A stretch of DNA of 64,000 nucleotides from assembly GCA_051294375.1 (NCBI GenBank), contig CM119269.1, forward strand, positions 17,992,410 through 18,056,409. Direction: 5' to 3'. Position numbers and translations under genes: made by a program. Of this stretch, positions 49,847-61,559 are shown piece by piece (position 1 is the stretch's first letter; each line of letters begins with the position of its first letter). The notes beneath the pieces are model-generated. The model was not told the DNA's origin. It ran no database searches and saw only the letters and a list, made by a program, of their open reading frames with translations. Source of the DNA: Paraspadella gotoi. Its lineage: Eukaryota; Animalia; Chaetognatha.

Positions 49847-50039
49847 CTCCTCCCCCTCTGGCGAGAGAGGACACGATGAGATACTTGTCTCGATCCGGGG
49901 GAACGGCGATGGTGCAGACGGAGGCGAAGGAGGAAAGTATGAAGGAGAAGAGGAGGAGGGAGAGAGGGAGGGAGGGAGGAAGGGAGGAGGGGAGGTGAGC
50001 GGAGGAGGAGGAGGCGGGGGGCGATCGTGATCTTCTCAT
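49847..50039 (-). CDS. FReD protein exon 1 (signal peptide)
   Basis: MRRSRSPP...LPLSLLLFSFILSSFASVCTIA... followed by G|gtaagg; phase 1 matches exon 2. Confidence 0.65.
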
Positions 50040-50066
50040 GTCGAGACTCGCGGGAGGATGAAAAGT

Positions 50067-50097
<31 letters not shown>

Positions 50098-50498
50098 TAT
50101 TGTTATCGTTGTTTTCGTTATTGTTTACGTCGTCGTTTACGTCGTCATTTTTCTCGACGTTTATGTTTTCGGCGTCGTTTTCGGTCCCGTTTTTTCTCGT
50201 TTCTTCTCGTTTTGTTTTTTATTTTTGTTTCTTTTCTTTTATGTCGTCGTCATCGCTTTATATTTTGTGTCGTTGTTTTTGTCGTTGTTTTTTCGATTTT
50301 TTTGATCCGTTGTTTTTTGGGTTTTTTTTTGTGTTTTTTTTGTTTTGATCGATGCTCCTTTATTTTGGTTTTTTCTCGCAGTTTGTTTTTTTGATTCTTT
50401 CGCTGTTTTGATTTTTTTTTTCAATCTGAAAACATGACATAAAAATGTGATACCGAATAATTCAGAACGCGTGGCTAAAAAAAGGAGAAGACAGAGAG

Positions 50499-50606
<108 letters not shown>

Positions 50607-52103
50607 GCGTCGAAGGAGAGCAGGATGTGTCGAGAGAGGGCGAAACGTGTCGGTCACACAGGGTTCGCTCTCTGTACGAGAGAAAAACTGACGCAGGAAA
50701 AAAAAATCACAAACAAAAGACTCGTGGATCCGCGTGAACGAAGAACGCGACTGTCACTACAACCGTAAAGTTCACGCAGTTTGCGCGTGAGGGCGTTGAC
50801 GTTCCGAAAACCTTGGAAAAGGAAAGTGAGTCGGTTTTAATTTCGGGTAAACTTTATTGTCGGCCATCTGGTCCTGGGGAGGGAAGAAGAGAGGAAGGAC
50901 AGTAGATGGGATAGTGGAAGAAGAAAAGTCAAGAGAAGATAGGAGGAGAGAAGAGAAGAGAAATGAAGAGAAATGAAGTGAAGAGAAATGAAGAGTGGAG
51001 AAGTGAAGAGAACAGAAGAGAAGAGAAGAGAAGAGAAAAGAAGAGAAGAGAAGATAAGAGAAGAGAAGAGAAGAGAAAAAAAGAGAAGAGAAGAAAAGAG
51101 AAGAGAAGAGAAGAGAAGAGAAGAGAAGAGAAGAGAAGAGAAGAGAAGAGAAGAGAAGAGAAGAGAAGAGAAGAAAAGAAAAGAAAACCGGATTGTAGAT
51201 AAGATTAAAAAGAAGATGATATTTATGTTACAAACAAAAGTAAAAAGCAACGAAATATTCGTTAAAAGGTGCACTCTGCTCAGTGCACACTGCTCACTGG
51301 CACAGTATCCGTTTAAAAGTAAACTTTTGTTTAAAAAAACAGTCGCGACAAAAAAGTTACGGGAAAGGCGACGAATAAAAAACTGATAAACATTATTCTT
51401 CTTTTTCTACTTCCTTTTTCTTCCTCCTCTTCCGAGTACAAAATATGGTTGAGACCAAAAATAGCAAAAAAGATGGCAAGAGTCGCCGCCGCCGCTGCCG
51501 CCGCGAGCGCCGCCGCAGAGACCGCCGCCTCCACCGACTCCACAGCCGCCGCCGCCGCTGCTGTCGCCCCAACAGGCGCCGGCCTAACCTTGGCAGAAGC
51601 GAAAATCTGTGACTCGTCGAAGTGACGCGCAAAAAAAAAATGGGAAAGACGAATTTTGAAATTTGATTTTTTTTTAAGGAACCGGCGAACGAATCGATTT
51701 AAAGTAAGACAACAACCACGACAACGACTGCAATAGTGACTGCATTCTGACCAAAGATGTGATTTCGGGCCAGATTAAGAGCTGCCTTTATAATTTCGCT
51801 TCAGGAGAACTCTTCACCCACCGAGTGAATTTTTTTAGTTAAAATTTCTAAAGGAGTAAAAAAAAACGGTTATTTTATCGGTTATTTTGAAAAGTAAAAA
51901 ATAAAAACGGCATGAAAAGTGTTCGATATGATTCAAGCGGAGGACTAGTTTCCTCTTTTTCCTCAACTCCACTGACTTCCCCTTAACCAAAAAAAGAAAG
52001 AAGAAAAAAGAACAAAAACGAAACAGCCGATCGTAAAGATTCCTAATATTCTTCTCTCTTCTCGTTAAAAGTTTCTCTCTCTCTCTTTCTCTCTTCCTCT
52101 CTT

Positions 52104-52183
<80 letters not shown>

Positions 52184-52635
52184 TTTTTTCCCCCTTTATT
52201 AGCGAGAAATATTCTTCCTGGAAATTAACTTCATAAGATAATCCAGAAGCTAAAAATCATGTAATCCAAAAATAAAATCTGTTCTCATCCAATTTTAATT
52301 CCCGCGTTTTCTGCTGGACTCGCGCCTGTTTTTGGCCTCAAAAAAAAAAAAAAGGCTCCGTGGTCAAAGTCGGAGGTCGCAAAGACGAAGAGGAAAGACG
52401 CCATTTTCTCCTTCTTTCCTTTCCTCCTTTTCCTCCTTTTTCTGGTCTTTTTTTTTTTTTTTTTGAGGCCAAAAACAGGCGCGAGTCCAGCAGAAAACGC
52501 GGGAATTAAAAATTGGATGAGAACAGATTTTATTTTTGGATTACATGATTTTTAGCTTCTGGATTATCTTATGAAGTTAATTCCAGGAAGAATATTTCTC
52601 GCTAATAAAGGGGAAAAAAAGAGAGAGAGAGAGGG

Positions 52636-52727
<92 letters not shown>

Positions 52728-54210
52728 AACTTTAACGAGAAGAGAGAAGAATATTAGGAATCTTTACGATCGGCTGTTTCGTTTTTGTTCTTTTTTCTTC
52801 TTTCTTTTTTTGGTTAAGGGGAAGTCAGTGGAGTTGAGGAAAAAAGAGGAAACTAGTCCTCCGCTTGAATCATATCGAACACTTTTCATGCCGTTTTTAT
52901 TTTTTACTTTTCAAAATAACCGATAAAATAACCGTTTTTTTTTTACTCCTTTAGAAATTTTAACTAAAAAATTCACTCGGTGGGTGAAGAAGTTCTCCTG
53001 AAGCGAAATTATAAAGCCAGCTCTTAATCTGGCCCGAAATCACATCTTTGGTCAGAATGCAGTCACTATTGCAGTCGTTGGTCGTGGTTGTTGTCTTACT
53101 TTAAATCGATTCGTTCGCCCGTTCCTTAAAAAAAAATCAAATTTTCAAAATTCGTCTTTCCCATTTTTTTTTTTGCGCGTCACTTCGACGAGTCACAGAT
53201 TTCGCTTCTGCAAGGTTAGGCCGGCGCCTGTTGGGCGACAGCGGCGGCGGCGGCGGCTGTGGAGTCGGTGGAGGCGGCGGTCTCTGCGGCGGCGCTCGCG
53301 GCGGGAGCGGCGGCGGCGACTCTTGCCATCTTTTTTTGCTATTTTTGGTCTCAACCATATTTTGTACTCGGAAGAGGAGGAGAAAAGGAAGTAGAAAAAG
53401 AAGATAATGTTTATCAGTTTTTTATTCGTCGCCCTTTCCCGTAACTTTTTTGTCGCGACTGTTTTTTTAAACAAAAGTTTTCTTATTAAACGGATACTGT
53501 GCCATGGTGAGCAGTGTGCACTGAGCAGAGTGCCCACCTTTTAACGAATATTTCGTTGCTTTTTACTTTTGTTTGTAACATAAATATCATCTTCTTTTAA
53601 TCTTATCTACAATCCGGTTTTCTTTTCTTTCTTTCTCTTCTCTTCTCATTTTCTCTTCTCTTTCTCTTCTCTTCTCTTCTCTTCTCTTCTCTCTCTTCTC
53701 TTTCTTCTCTTTTCTTCTCCTTCTCTTTTTTTCTCTTCTCTTCTCTTCTCTATCTTCCTCTTCTCTTCTTTTCTCTTCTCTTCTCTTCTCTTCTGTTCTC
53801 TTCACTTCTCCACTCTTCATTTCTCTTCACTTCATTTCTCTTCATTTCTCTTCTCTTCTCTCCTCCTATCTTCTCTTGACTTTTCTTCTTCCACTATCCC
53901 ATCTACTGTCCTTCCTCTCTTCTTCCCTCCGCCAGGACCAGATGGCCGACAATAAAGTTTACCCGAAATTTAAAACCGACTCACTTTCCTTTTCAAGGTT
54001 TTCGGAACTCAACGCCCTCAACGCGCAAACTGCGTGAACTTTATACGGTTTGTAGACAGTTCGCGTTCTTCGTTCACGCGATCACGAGTCTTTTGTTGTG
54101 ATTTTTTTTTCCTGCGTCGTTTTTCTCTCGTACAGAGAGCGAACCCTGTTGTGACCGACACGTTTCGCTCCTCTCTCGACACATCCGCTCTCCTTCGACG
54201 ACGCTCTCTC

Positions 54211-54262
<52 letters not shown>

Positions 54263-54445
54263 CTCTTCTTCTCTTCTCTCTCTCTCTCTCTCTATCACTA
54301 GATCGACGCGTCCCCTCTTTTTCTCTTGCACCTCGTTGTATTTTCTCAACACAATCTTTTCCCTTTCCTCTTCTCTCTCTCTCTCTCTTCTTCGTCTCTC
54401 TCTCGCTTCTCTCTCTCTCGCATCTCTCTCTCTCTCTCTCTCTCT

Positions 54446-54487
<42 letters not shown>

Positions 54488-57400
54488 CTTCTCTGTCTTC
54501 TCCTTTTTTAGGGCCACGCGTTCTGAAAATTATTCGGTATCACATTTTTTATGTCATGTTTTCAGATTTTTGAAAAAAAAAAAACAACAGCGAAGAATAA
54601 AAAAACAAAGCTGGAGAAAAAACAAATAAAGGAGCATCGATCAAAACAAAAAAAACACAACAAAAAACCCAACAAAACAACGGATCAAAAAAATCGAAAA
54701 ACAACGACAAAACAACGACACAAAATATAAAGCGATGACGACGACATAAAAGAAAAGAACAAAAATAAAAAACAAAACGAGAAAACGAGAAAAACGGGAC
54801 GGAAAACGACGCCGGAAAACATAAACGTCGAGAGAAAAATGACGACGTAAACGACGAACGTTAAACAATAAACGAAAACAACGAACATAACGACGGACGA
54901 CGACGACGACGCGACGACGACGAACTTTCATCTCCCGCGAGTCTTCGACTGGAGAAGATCACGATCGCGCCCCCGCCTCTCCTCCTCCGCTCACCTCCCC
55001 TCCTCCCTTCTTCCCTCCTCCCCTCTCCCTCCTCCTCTTCTCCTTCATTACTTTCCTCCTTTCGCCTCCGTCTGCACCATCGCCGTTCCCCCGGTATCGA
55101 GACAAGTATCTCCATCGTGTCTCTTTCGCCAGAGGGGGAGGAGGGTAAGGATTTTGTAAGGCTCAGTATTAAGGGTGTGAGTGGGGCGGTTGAAGGAGTA
55201 GTGAACGATTGTTGGGGTCAGTTTGAGAAAGGGGGATGGTGTCATGGATAAGGTTAGGGGTAAGAGAAACAGAATGGGAGACGGTAAAAATAGGTGGAGG
55301 GAGAAGTGTTTGTAGGGGAGGGAGAGATGGTAGGTTCTCCCCGCCTATAAGCGTGACAACCCTTCAGTTGTGACCCGGTGGATCATTTGGAGTAAAAGCA
55401 TCAGCTCATTACCACTTGGCAGCCGGGTTCTATCCCAACCCGTAGCTGGCGGAACGTGAGGACGGCCGTAAACCGCCTTGGGGGCCTGGAAAACCCTCAA
55501 GGCCTGCGTTCAGGTCAGAAGCTGCGAGTTTAGAATATGGAAAACAAGTGGGCGTTGGGAGTTAGAGCAAGGTCAAGTCAATCAAGCAGCGTATCCTGAA
55601 AGAAAGGAGTAAGGTGTGAGAGACGTGGCAATGAATCGAAAGGGAGAGGTTAGTGGTAAGGGAATGACTAAAATTGGGGTGGGGGAAATAAGGGGAAAGG
55701 GATACAACGTACGAAGGAAGGAAGATAGTATTGTTCCCGGAGGAAAGGAGAGGAGAAGGAAAAAGGATGATATTTTGAGTTTGTCCCTTTCGGACTGTGA
55801 CGAGGTGGATGTGGGAGGGGGTGACGGTGGACGGGAGGGGGTGGATGTGAGAAGGGCGTGGACTGTAGGAGAAGGGGGTGGATGGGAGAAGGGTTGGGAC
55901 TGTGTGGAGAAGGGGTTGGACTGTGGAGGAAGGGGTTGGACTGTCGAGAAGCGGGGTGGACTGTGGAGAAGGGGGGTGAACTGTGGAGAACTGTTGGAAA
56001 CTTGTGAGACGAAAAAATCTTAGTGGAGAGTCAATCGATACCATATCAGAGGAACTCAAACATTATGAAGTAATTAAAGAGCGTCATTATTGAAAAATTT
56101 CCAGGGAAGAAACTATTTATTTTTTTTAACTTTAAAGAAACCAAAGTTATATTTGTTACAAAGGATTTTTTTATTTCGCTGATGAGTCGAAGAGTCGAAC
56201 CACCATGTCTAGTTTTAATTTTAAACGTTTATAAATAATACTTTGTTAAACATTTTTCAAAATTTATTTTCCCCTAATTCATATATATATATATATATAT
56301 ATTTTTTGTTTGACTTTCCTCCTTCTTCCTCCCTCGCACCTCCTCCTCTTCTCCCCTTCCAAACCCAATCGAACATTCCGTGGACGATCGACACAATAAA
56401 CAGACAGCCGCGTCTACGGTCGCTCACAGACCACGAGGAAGACGACAACGACGACGCCGTTCGACGCTCGATCACCGCAAACTCGCGGACGCACTCTTTC
56501 GGCCGAGAACTGACCCGTCTATCTCCAAGGTGGAACATCTGCGCACGTCTCCGACGCTTGATCCGAAGCAAGGGGAGATCAGTTCAAACTCTTTTCGAGG
56601 AAGAGGAAAGAAAACGGTGGAATTCGGATACGAGGAGGAAAGGACGAGGAATGCGGACGTGGTGGTGAGTTAGTTTGTTGTCGTTGTTTGTGAAGATTCG
56701 TTCGAAGTAAATATGTTAAAATTGTGGGACCCCCGCGGAAATCGTTTTACTTTCGAAGTCTCGAATCCTTCGTGGCTTTAAAATTTCGCGATGCTCCGCT
56801 TCGATCAACTACGAATTCCCTTGCTTTCGATTGATTTGAAGGAATCTCAGGAAACAACGGACCCGATGTAATTGAATTTGATCAGTTTGGATAAAAAATC
56901 CGACGCCGAAGCTTAATTCGAAATCAGACTCGACTTATGAATCCCGGAATTGGCTCGAGCCTTTTTCTCCTTTCACTTCTTTCACTTCTTTTCTTTTTCG
57001 ACTTTCTTTTCTCGTCTTAGCTATACACAGTGTTTTCTCACCGCACAGTGGTTTTCTTCTNNNNNNNNNNNNNNNNNNNNNNNNNAGATAGCGGAGGCCC
57101 GCCACATCCGGGGAAGCATTCTGCGAAAAGAGGCTGTCGGACGTCGAGGAAGAGTGGTTGTCGTTGGAATCTCGTCTCTTTACTTTAACCTTCTTAATTT
57201 AGGTCTCAATCTCGTTTGTGGTTCTCGCCTTTGACAACGAAGCGTTTGCATTGCATTACCATTACAACTAAATCACTTTTAGCAAAAGCCTGTTTCATTC
57301 GGGAGCTGAAATGATAAGAGATGGAAATCTTAATGCGGATGTCAATTTTATTCATCCAGAATATCAATAAGATTTTATTTTATTTAAAAAAAATATGTAC

Positions 57401-59612
57401 CGTGTTTTTGTGTACTTTATGAATTTAACAAATGGATAGATTATAAGGTAAGAATAACAAAAACTTAGAGAATGCAAAGAATGGAATGAAATATTAATAT
57501 ATTTTATATTTTTACAGAACGTTTTCCCGCCAAATTCGGTGGGCGTGTCAAAGTTCTTCGACCTCTTCGTCGAAAACGTGTGACGTCAACCGCAAACTTT
57601 TTTTGGGCATTTTTACTTTATAGAATTTTTTTTTCTGTCCACTTTTGATGCTGCTCGTTATTTCGATCATTTTTTAAACAATCTTTGTGTCTACATTTGG
57701 TTTTATTTCAATTTTTTTTAGGAGAGAAAGAAAGAGAGAAAAAGGGACACATAAGAAAGAGAGAGAAACAGTAAGAGAGAGAAAAAAAGACAGCCAAAGA
57801 GAGATAAAAAGACAGACAGTCAGAGAGAGGGAGAGAGCAAAAAGTGCCATGTCTCCTCACTGCTGGAGGAAAAAAAAACTATGTTTTTTCTCTGTAGCCA
57901 AAGCGCGGAAACAATTTCTCATTTTTCACTCGACTGTTGTTTAAACTCAGCGAGAGACTTTGAGAAACACGGTTGGGGTTTTTTGGAAAGAAGGGGTAGA
58001 GCCGGTGGTGGGGGCGCAAGTAAGGTTTGGGTCGGTGAAAATAAGTGCGAATAAATGTAGCAGATTAATTTGTGAATTATCTGGAATGAGATTGAGTTCC
58101 TCAATCTCATTTGCATATTGTCGTATTCTGATTAAGCTTTGATAAATTTTTGTTCTATTGCCTTAAAGGTTTAATATTATCCACTGGACCTATATTAACC
58201 GATGTCATGTATAATCAGGATAACCATTTTCACACAGAGATATCCCTCTGTTAGTAGGTATTAAAAAGAAACATTGATGTGACATGAGAGCGACATAGAA
58301 AGATGGGCACATTGAGGTTTGAAAATCTTCCCGTGACACAGATACGGATGGGACATATGAATTAGAGTTGGGGAAACCAGAAGCGAAGGTTATGGATGAG
58401 AACGGTTGGAGATAGTCAAGGGTGGTAAGGATAGAGGTTTGAGATGTGTGAAAGAAGGGAAGACAAGGAATTGTGACCCCTGGGTTGGTTCCCGGTAATT
58501 GCCTCAAAGCCGTTGGGAAAACTCAACAGATTCATACTTTTTCCAGACTCGAGGAAACTAGACCAGACGGAGGCGGGACGTGGGTGGTTACGAGCGGGGA
58601 GGTGGTGAGAGACAAAGGGTGGTGACGTGAGGCCGAAAGGTGGGCGGTGATGAGGTTTTGGGTGGAATACAGGCGATGCCGGGACTGGGGGGGGATTCCG
58701 AGGTGGGGTCGAAAAGTCACATAGTAGCAGATTGTGTATATATAAGTAGTAGTGTATACATTTAGTTGTAAAACATTTTAAACAAAAGAGTGAAAGCTCT
58801 CCAGAGGTTAGAAATAGTTTGCTGGAGTGCGTTGTCCGGTAGCACGCACGCTCGATCCGCTAGAGAAAACCCAATGTCTCTCCGGAAGAAGTTGAAGTCC
58901 CTATTGACTTATGAAGAGCAAAGGCGTTACAACAGCGAAAAAGATGGAAAAACAAAATGGAATAAAATTATAAATATGAAAACTTATAAAAACATATAAA
59001 ATATTTATTTAAATGGGAAAGCTATGACCTTTAGCACATTGCTTCGATAACAACTCATATTTTAATGGATTTGAGCCTTTATGATATTAAATGATTAAAT
59101 CATAAATAATTCTTTTAAGTATTTAGTTTTAAAATTATGTAAAACTTGTTTTAATTTTATTCTAGATTTAAATTAACAACTGATAATTGATAACTAAAAA
59201 AAGATTTATATCTATTTTCACGATTGTACTTCTTAATTCAAAACTATCATCAAACCAAAACCATTTAACTCAGTCCTAAAATAGCATTTAAAAGGGCTTT
59301 CCCCTTTGATCCACCTCTCCCCTTAAGACCATAAGCCATTCAAAATACATTTGGCTTTTTCCGGTCGATTTGCTGCAACGATAAGCGCGAATCGAAACGA
59401 CGACATCTCGCCGACCTTTAAGGGAGATCCCGCTTTGTCAAGGGGAGATTATTTCGCATCAATTTTTGTGTCTTCACTAGTTCCTGTTCGAAACTTTGAA
59501 ATCGTAGTTAAAAATTTAATACAAATTTACATTGTATTTTGACTTTCTTTTTTGCTATTTAGAAATAGTTAGAGATGAAACGAAAAATTCGTTGTAATAG
59601 CAATTCTATTTT

Positions 59613-59674
59613 TATAATGTAGCATGTTTCGACTCTTAGTTTTTGCGAGTCTTCATCAGCAAGTGAATTCAATA
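59613..59674 (-). ncRNA. Hammerhead motif, inverted copy
   Basis: Mirror of 60483-60544 with one extra C before the cleavage triplet (GAAACATGCTACA). Confidence 0.55.
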
Positions 59675-59699
59675 GACCAAAATTTTAAAACATTAGTTT

Positions 59700-59730
<31 letters not shown>

Positions 59731-59833
59731 TTTCCAACAAAGAATTGAGCAAGGAATAGTGGTCAGATGGTGAGGACAGGTGAAAGTAGGGAAAGAGAGA
59801 GTAAATGATTTTTGAAATTGGTGAAAGAAAAAT

Positions 59834-59864
<31 letters not shown>

Positions 59865-60426
59865 CACAGGGATCAATACATTAGGCAATGTACAACAGTG
59901 AAAAATTTTAGAAAAACTAAAATATTTAACAAAAGTAATAATAAATTAATTGTTAAGCTGATGATTGTTAGTAAGAGATAATGAAATAGAAGAATAAGTG
60001 ATGAGGGATAGATAAGTTAAAGATAAGTGAAATAGTAAGTTAAGAAAAAAAGCTCAAAATGACGCTGCCCCCCCCCCAGCCGGGCAAATGTGGGACGTTA
60101 ACGATGTAGTCGGGTCATTGGCCTGTCATAGGCTGAGATGATATTGTGGTGGAATGGGACAAGGGCTGGATCTGGTAATGATCCGGCTGGAAAAATGCCT
60201 AGTGCCACTCGAATATCTCTCTGACCTGATAGGCCTGCCGAAGGCCCTCCTCTCACCTGACGGTGAGGTGGGCGATTGCCTGTTCGGGCCTGTTTGGGGA
60301 CAGGTGATACAGACTCCTCTCCCTCCTCTTGTAGCTGTCGTTTTGGGCCTATCAGGTCAGAGAGATATTCGAGTGGCACCTGTCCTCACATCTGACCACT
60401 ATCCTTGCTCAATTCTTTGTTGGAAA

Positions 60427-60457
<31 letters not shown>

Positions 60458-60482
60458 AAACTAATGTTTAAAAATTTTGGTC

Positions 60483-60544
60483 TATTGAATTCACTTGCTG
60501 ATGAAGACTCGCAAAAACTAAGAGTCGAAACATGTACATTAATA
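60483..60544 (+). ncRNA. Minimal type-I hammerhead ribozyme
   Basis: TG-CTGATGA(60498-60504)-A-GACTC-[11-nt loop]-GAGTC-GAAAC-AT-GTA-CA. Perfect 5-bp helix II, palindromic ACATGT helix III, GUA triplet, and helix I extendable as TATTGA/TTAATA around a bulge. Confidence 0.75.
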
Positions 60545-61218
60545 AAAATAGAATTGCTATTACAACGAATTTTTCGTTTCATCTCTAAATAAAAATTTAA
60601 TAAAAAAAAAGTTATTTCTCGCGAATAACCGTTTCTAGGTATATATATATTTTTTTTCATAATTTCCTGTGATTTTTTAAAAAATATTCACCCCTGAGAG
60701 TTTTTTTTATTTCTAAAAGAAAAACCTTCAACAGTTCACGCTTCGTCGAATTCCTCCCCCCTTTTTTTGGTTTTTTTTTATTTTCGCTGACTTTTGTTGG
60801 AAGTTCGTCGCTTCTCTCTTAGTTCGCCCGGTCGCCGCTTGGCGCCGCCGCCCGTCGCCCCGTCTACTGTCCCACTCTCCTTGACCTTTCGAAAGGAAAA
60901 ACCATCGGAAGGAAGGAAGAAAGGGAGGGGAGAATGTATAGGGAGGGGGAAGAGGAAGGAGAGGAGCTCATAGAGACCGAAGGAGGAAAGGTTAGGAAGG
61001 GCGGAGAAAAGTGAAAATTAAGGGGAAGGGAGAGTGAAAGGTTGTAAGGGCAAAACTTGGAAGATATGGATACTGAACATGGCGACAAAGTTTGGAAGAA
61101 TACGGGACGTGACAAACGTTATAGGAAAATCGTAAGGACCTTTTTCAACCATCTAATCCTAACTAAGATANNNNNNNNNNAATATCAAATTGAACGACTT
61201 TAGGTCGAAAGTAATGGA

Positions 61219-61262
<44 letters not shown>

Positions 61263-61292
61263 GAGAGAGAAGCAGAGAGAGAGAGAGAGAAA

Positions 61293-61351
<59 letters not shown>

Positions 61352-61504
61352 CTTGGGAACGCAGATAGCAAGAGAGAAAAAAAGAGAAATTGAGGAACAA
61401 AAGCTGAATAAGACGATGAGCTTGAAGGATTGAGCAACGAGCAACGCAGAAAAGAGAGGCGTGATAAAAGTTAAGTTTGGGAAAAGAATCCGGATAAAAA
61501 AAAT

Positions 61505-61559
<55 letters not shown>

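Larger units (their letters stand above)
59569..60588. mobile_element. Foldback element with about 215-bp inverted arms, each carrying a hammerhead (Penelope-like inverted terminal repeats)
   Basis: 59569-59782 is the reverse complement of 60377-60588. A perfect 34-bp inverted repeat is nested inside (60202-60235 / 60346-60379). Confidence 0.75.

Noticed and set aside
54960-56670. Second FReD-gene 5' copy on the plus strand
   Set aside because: It is a frameshifted mirror image inside the probable foldback artefact.
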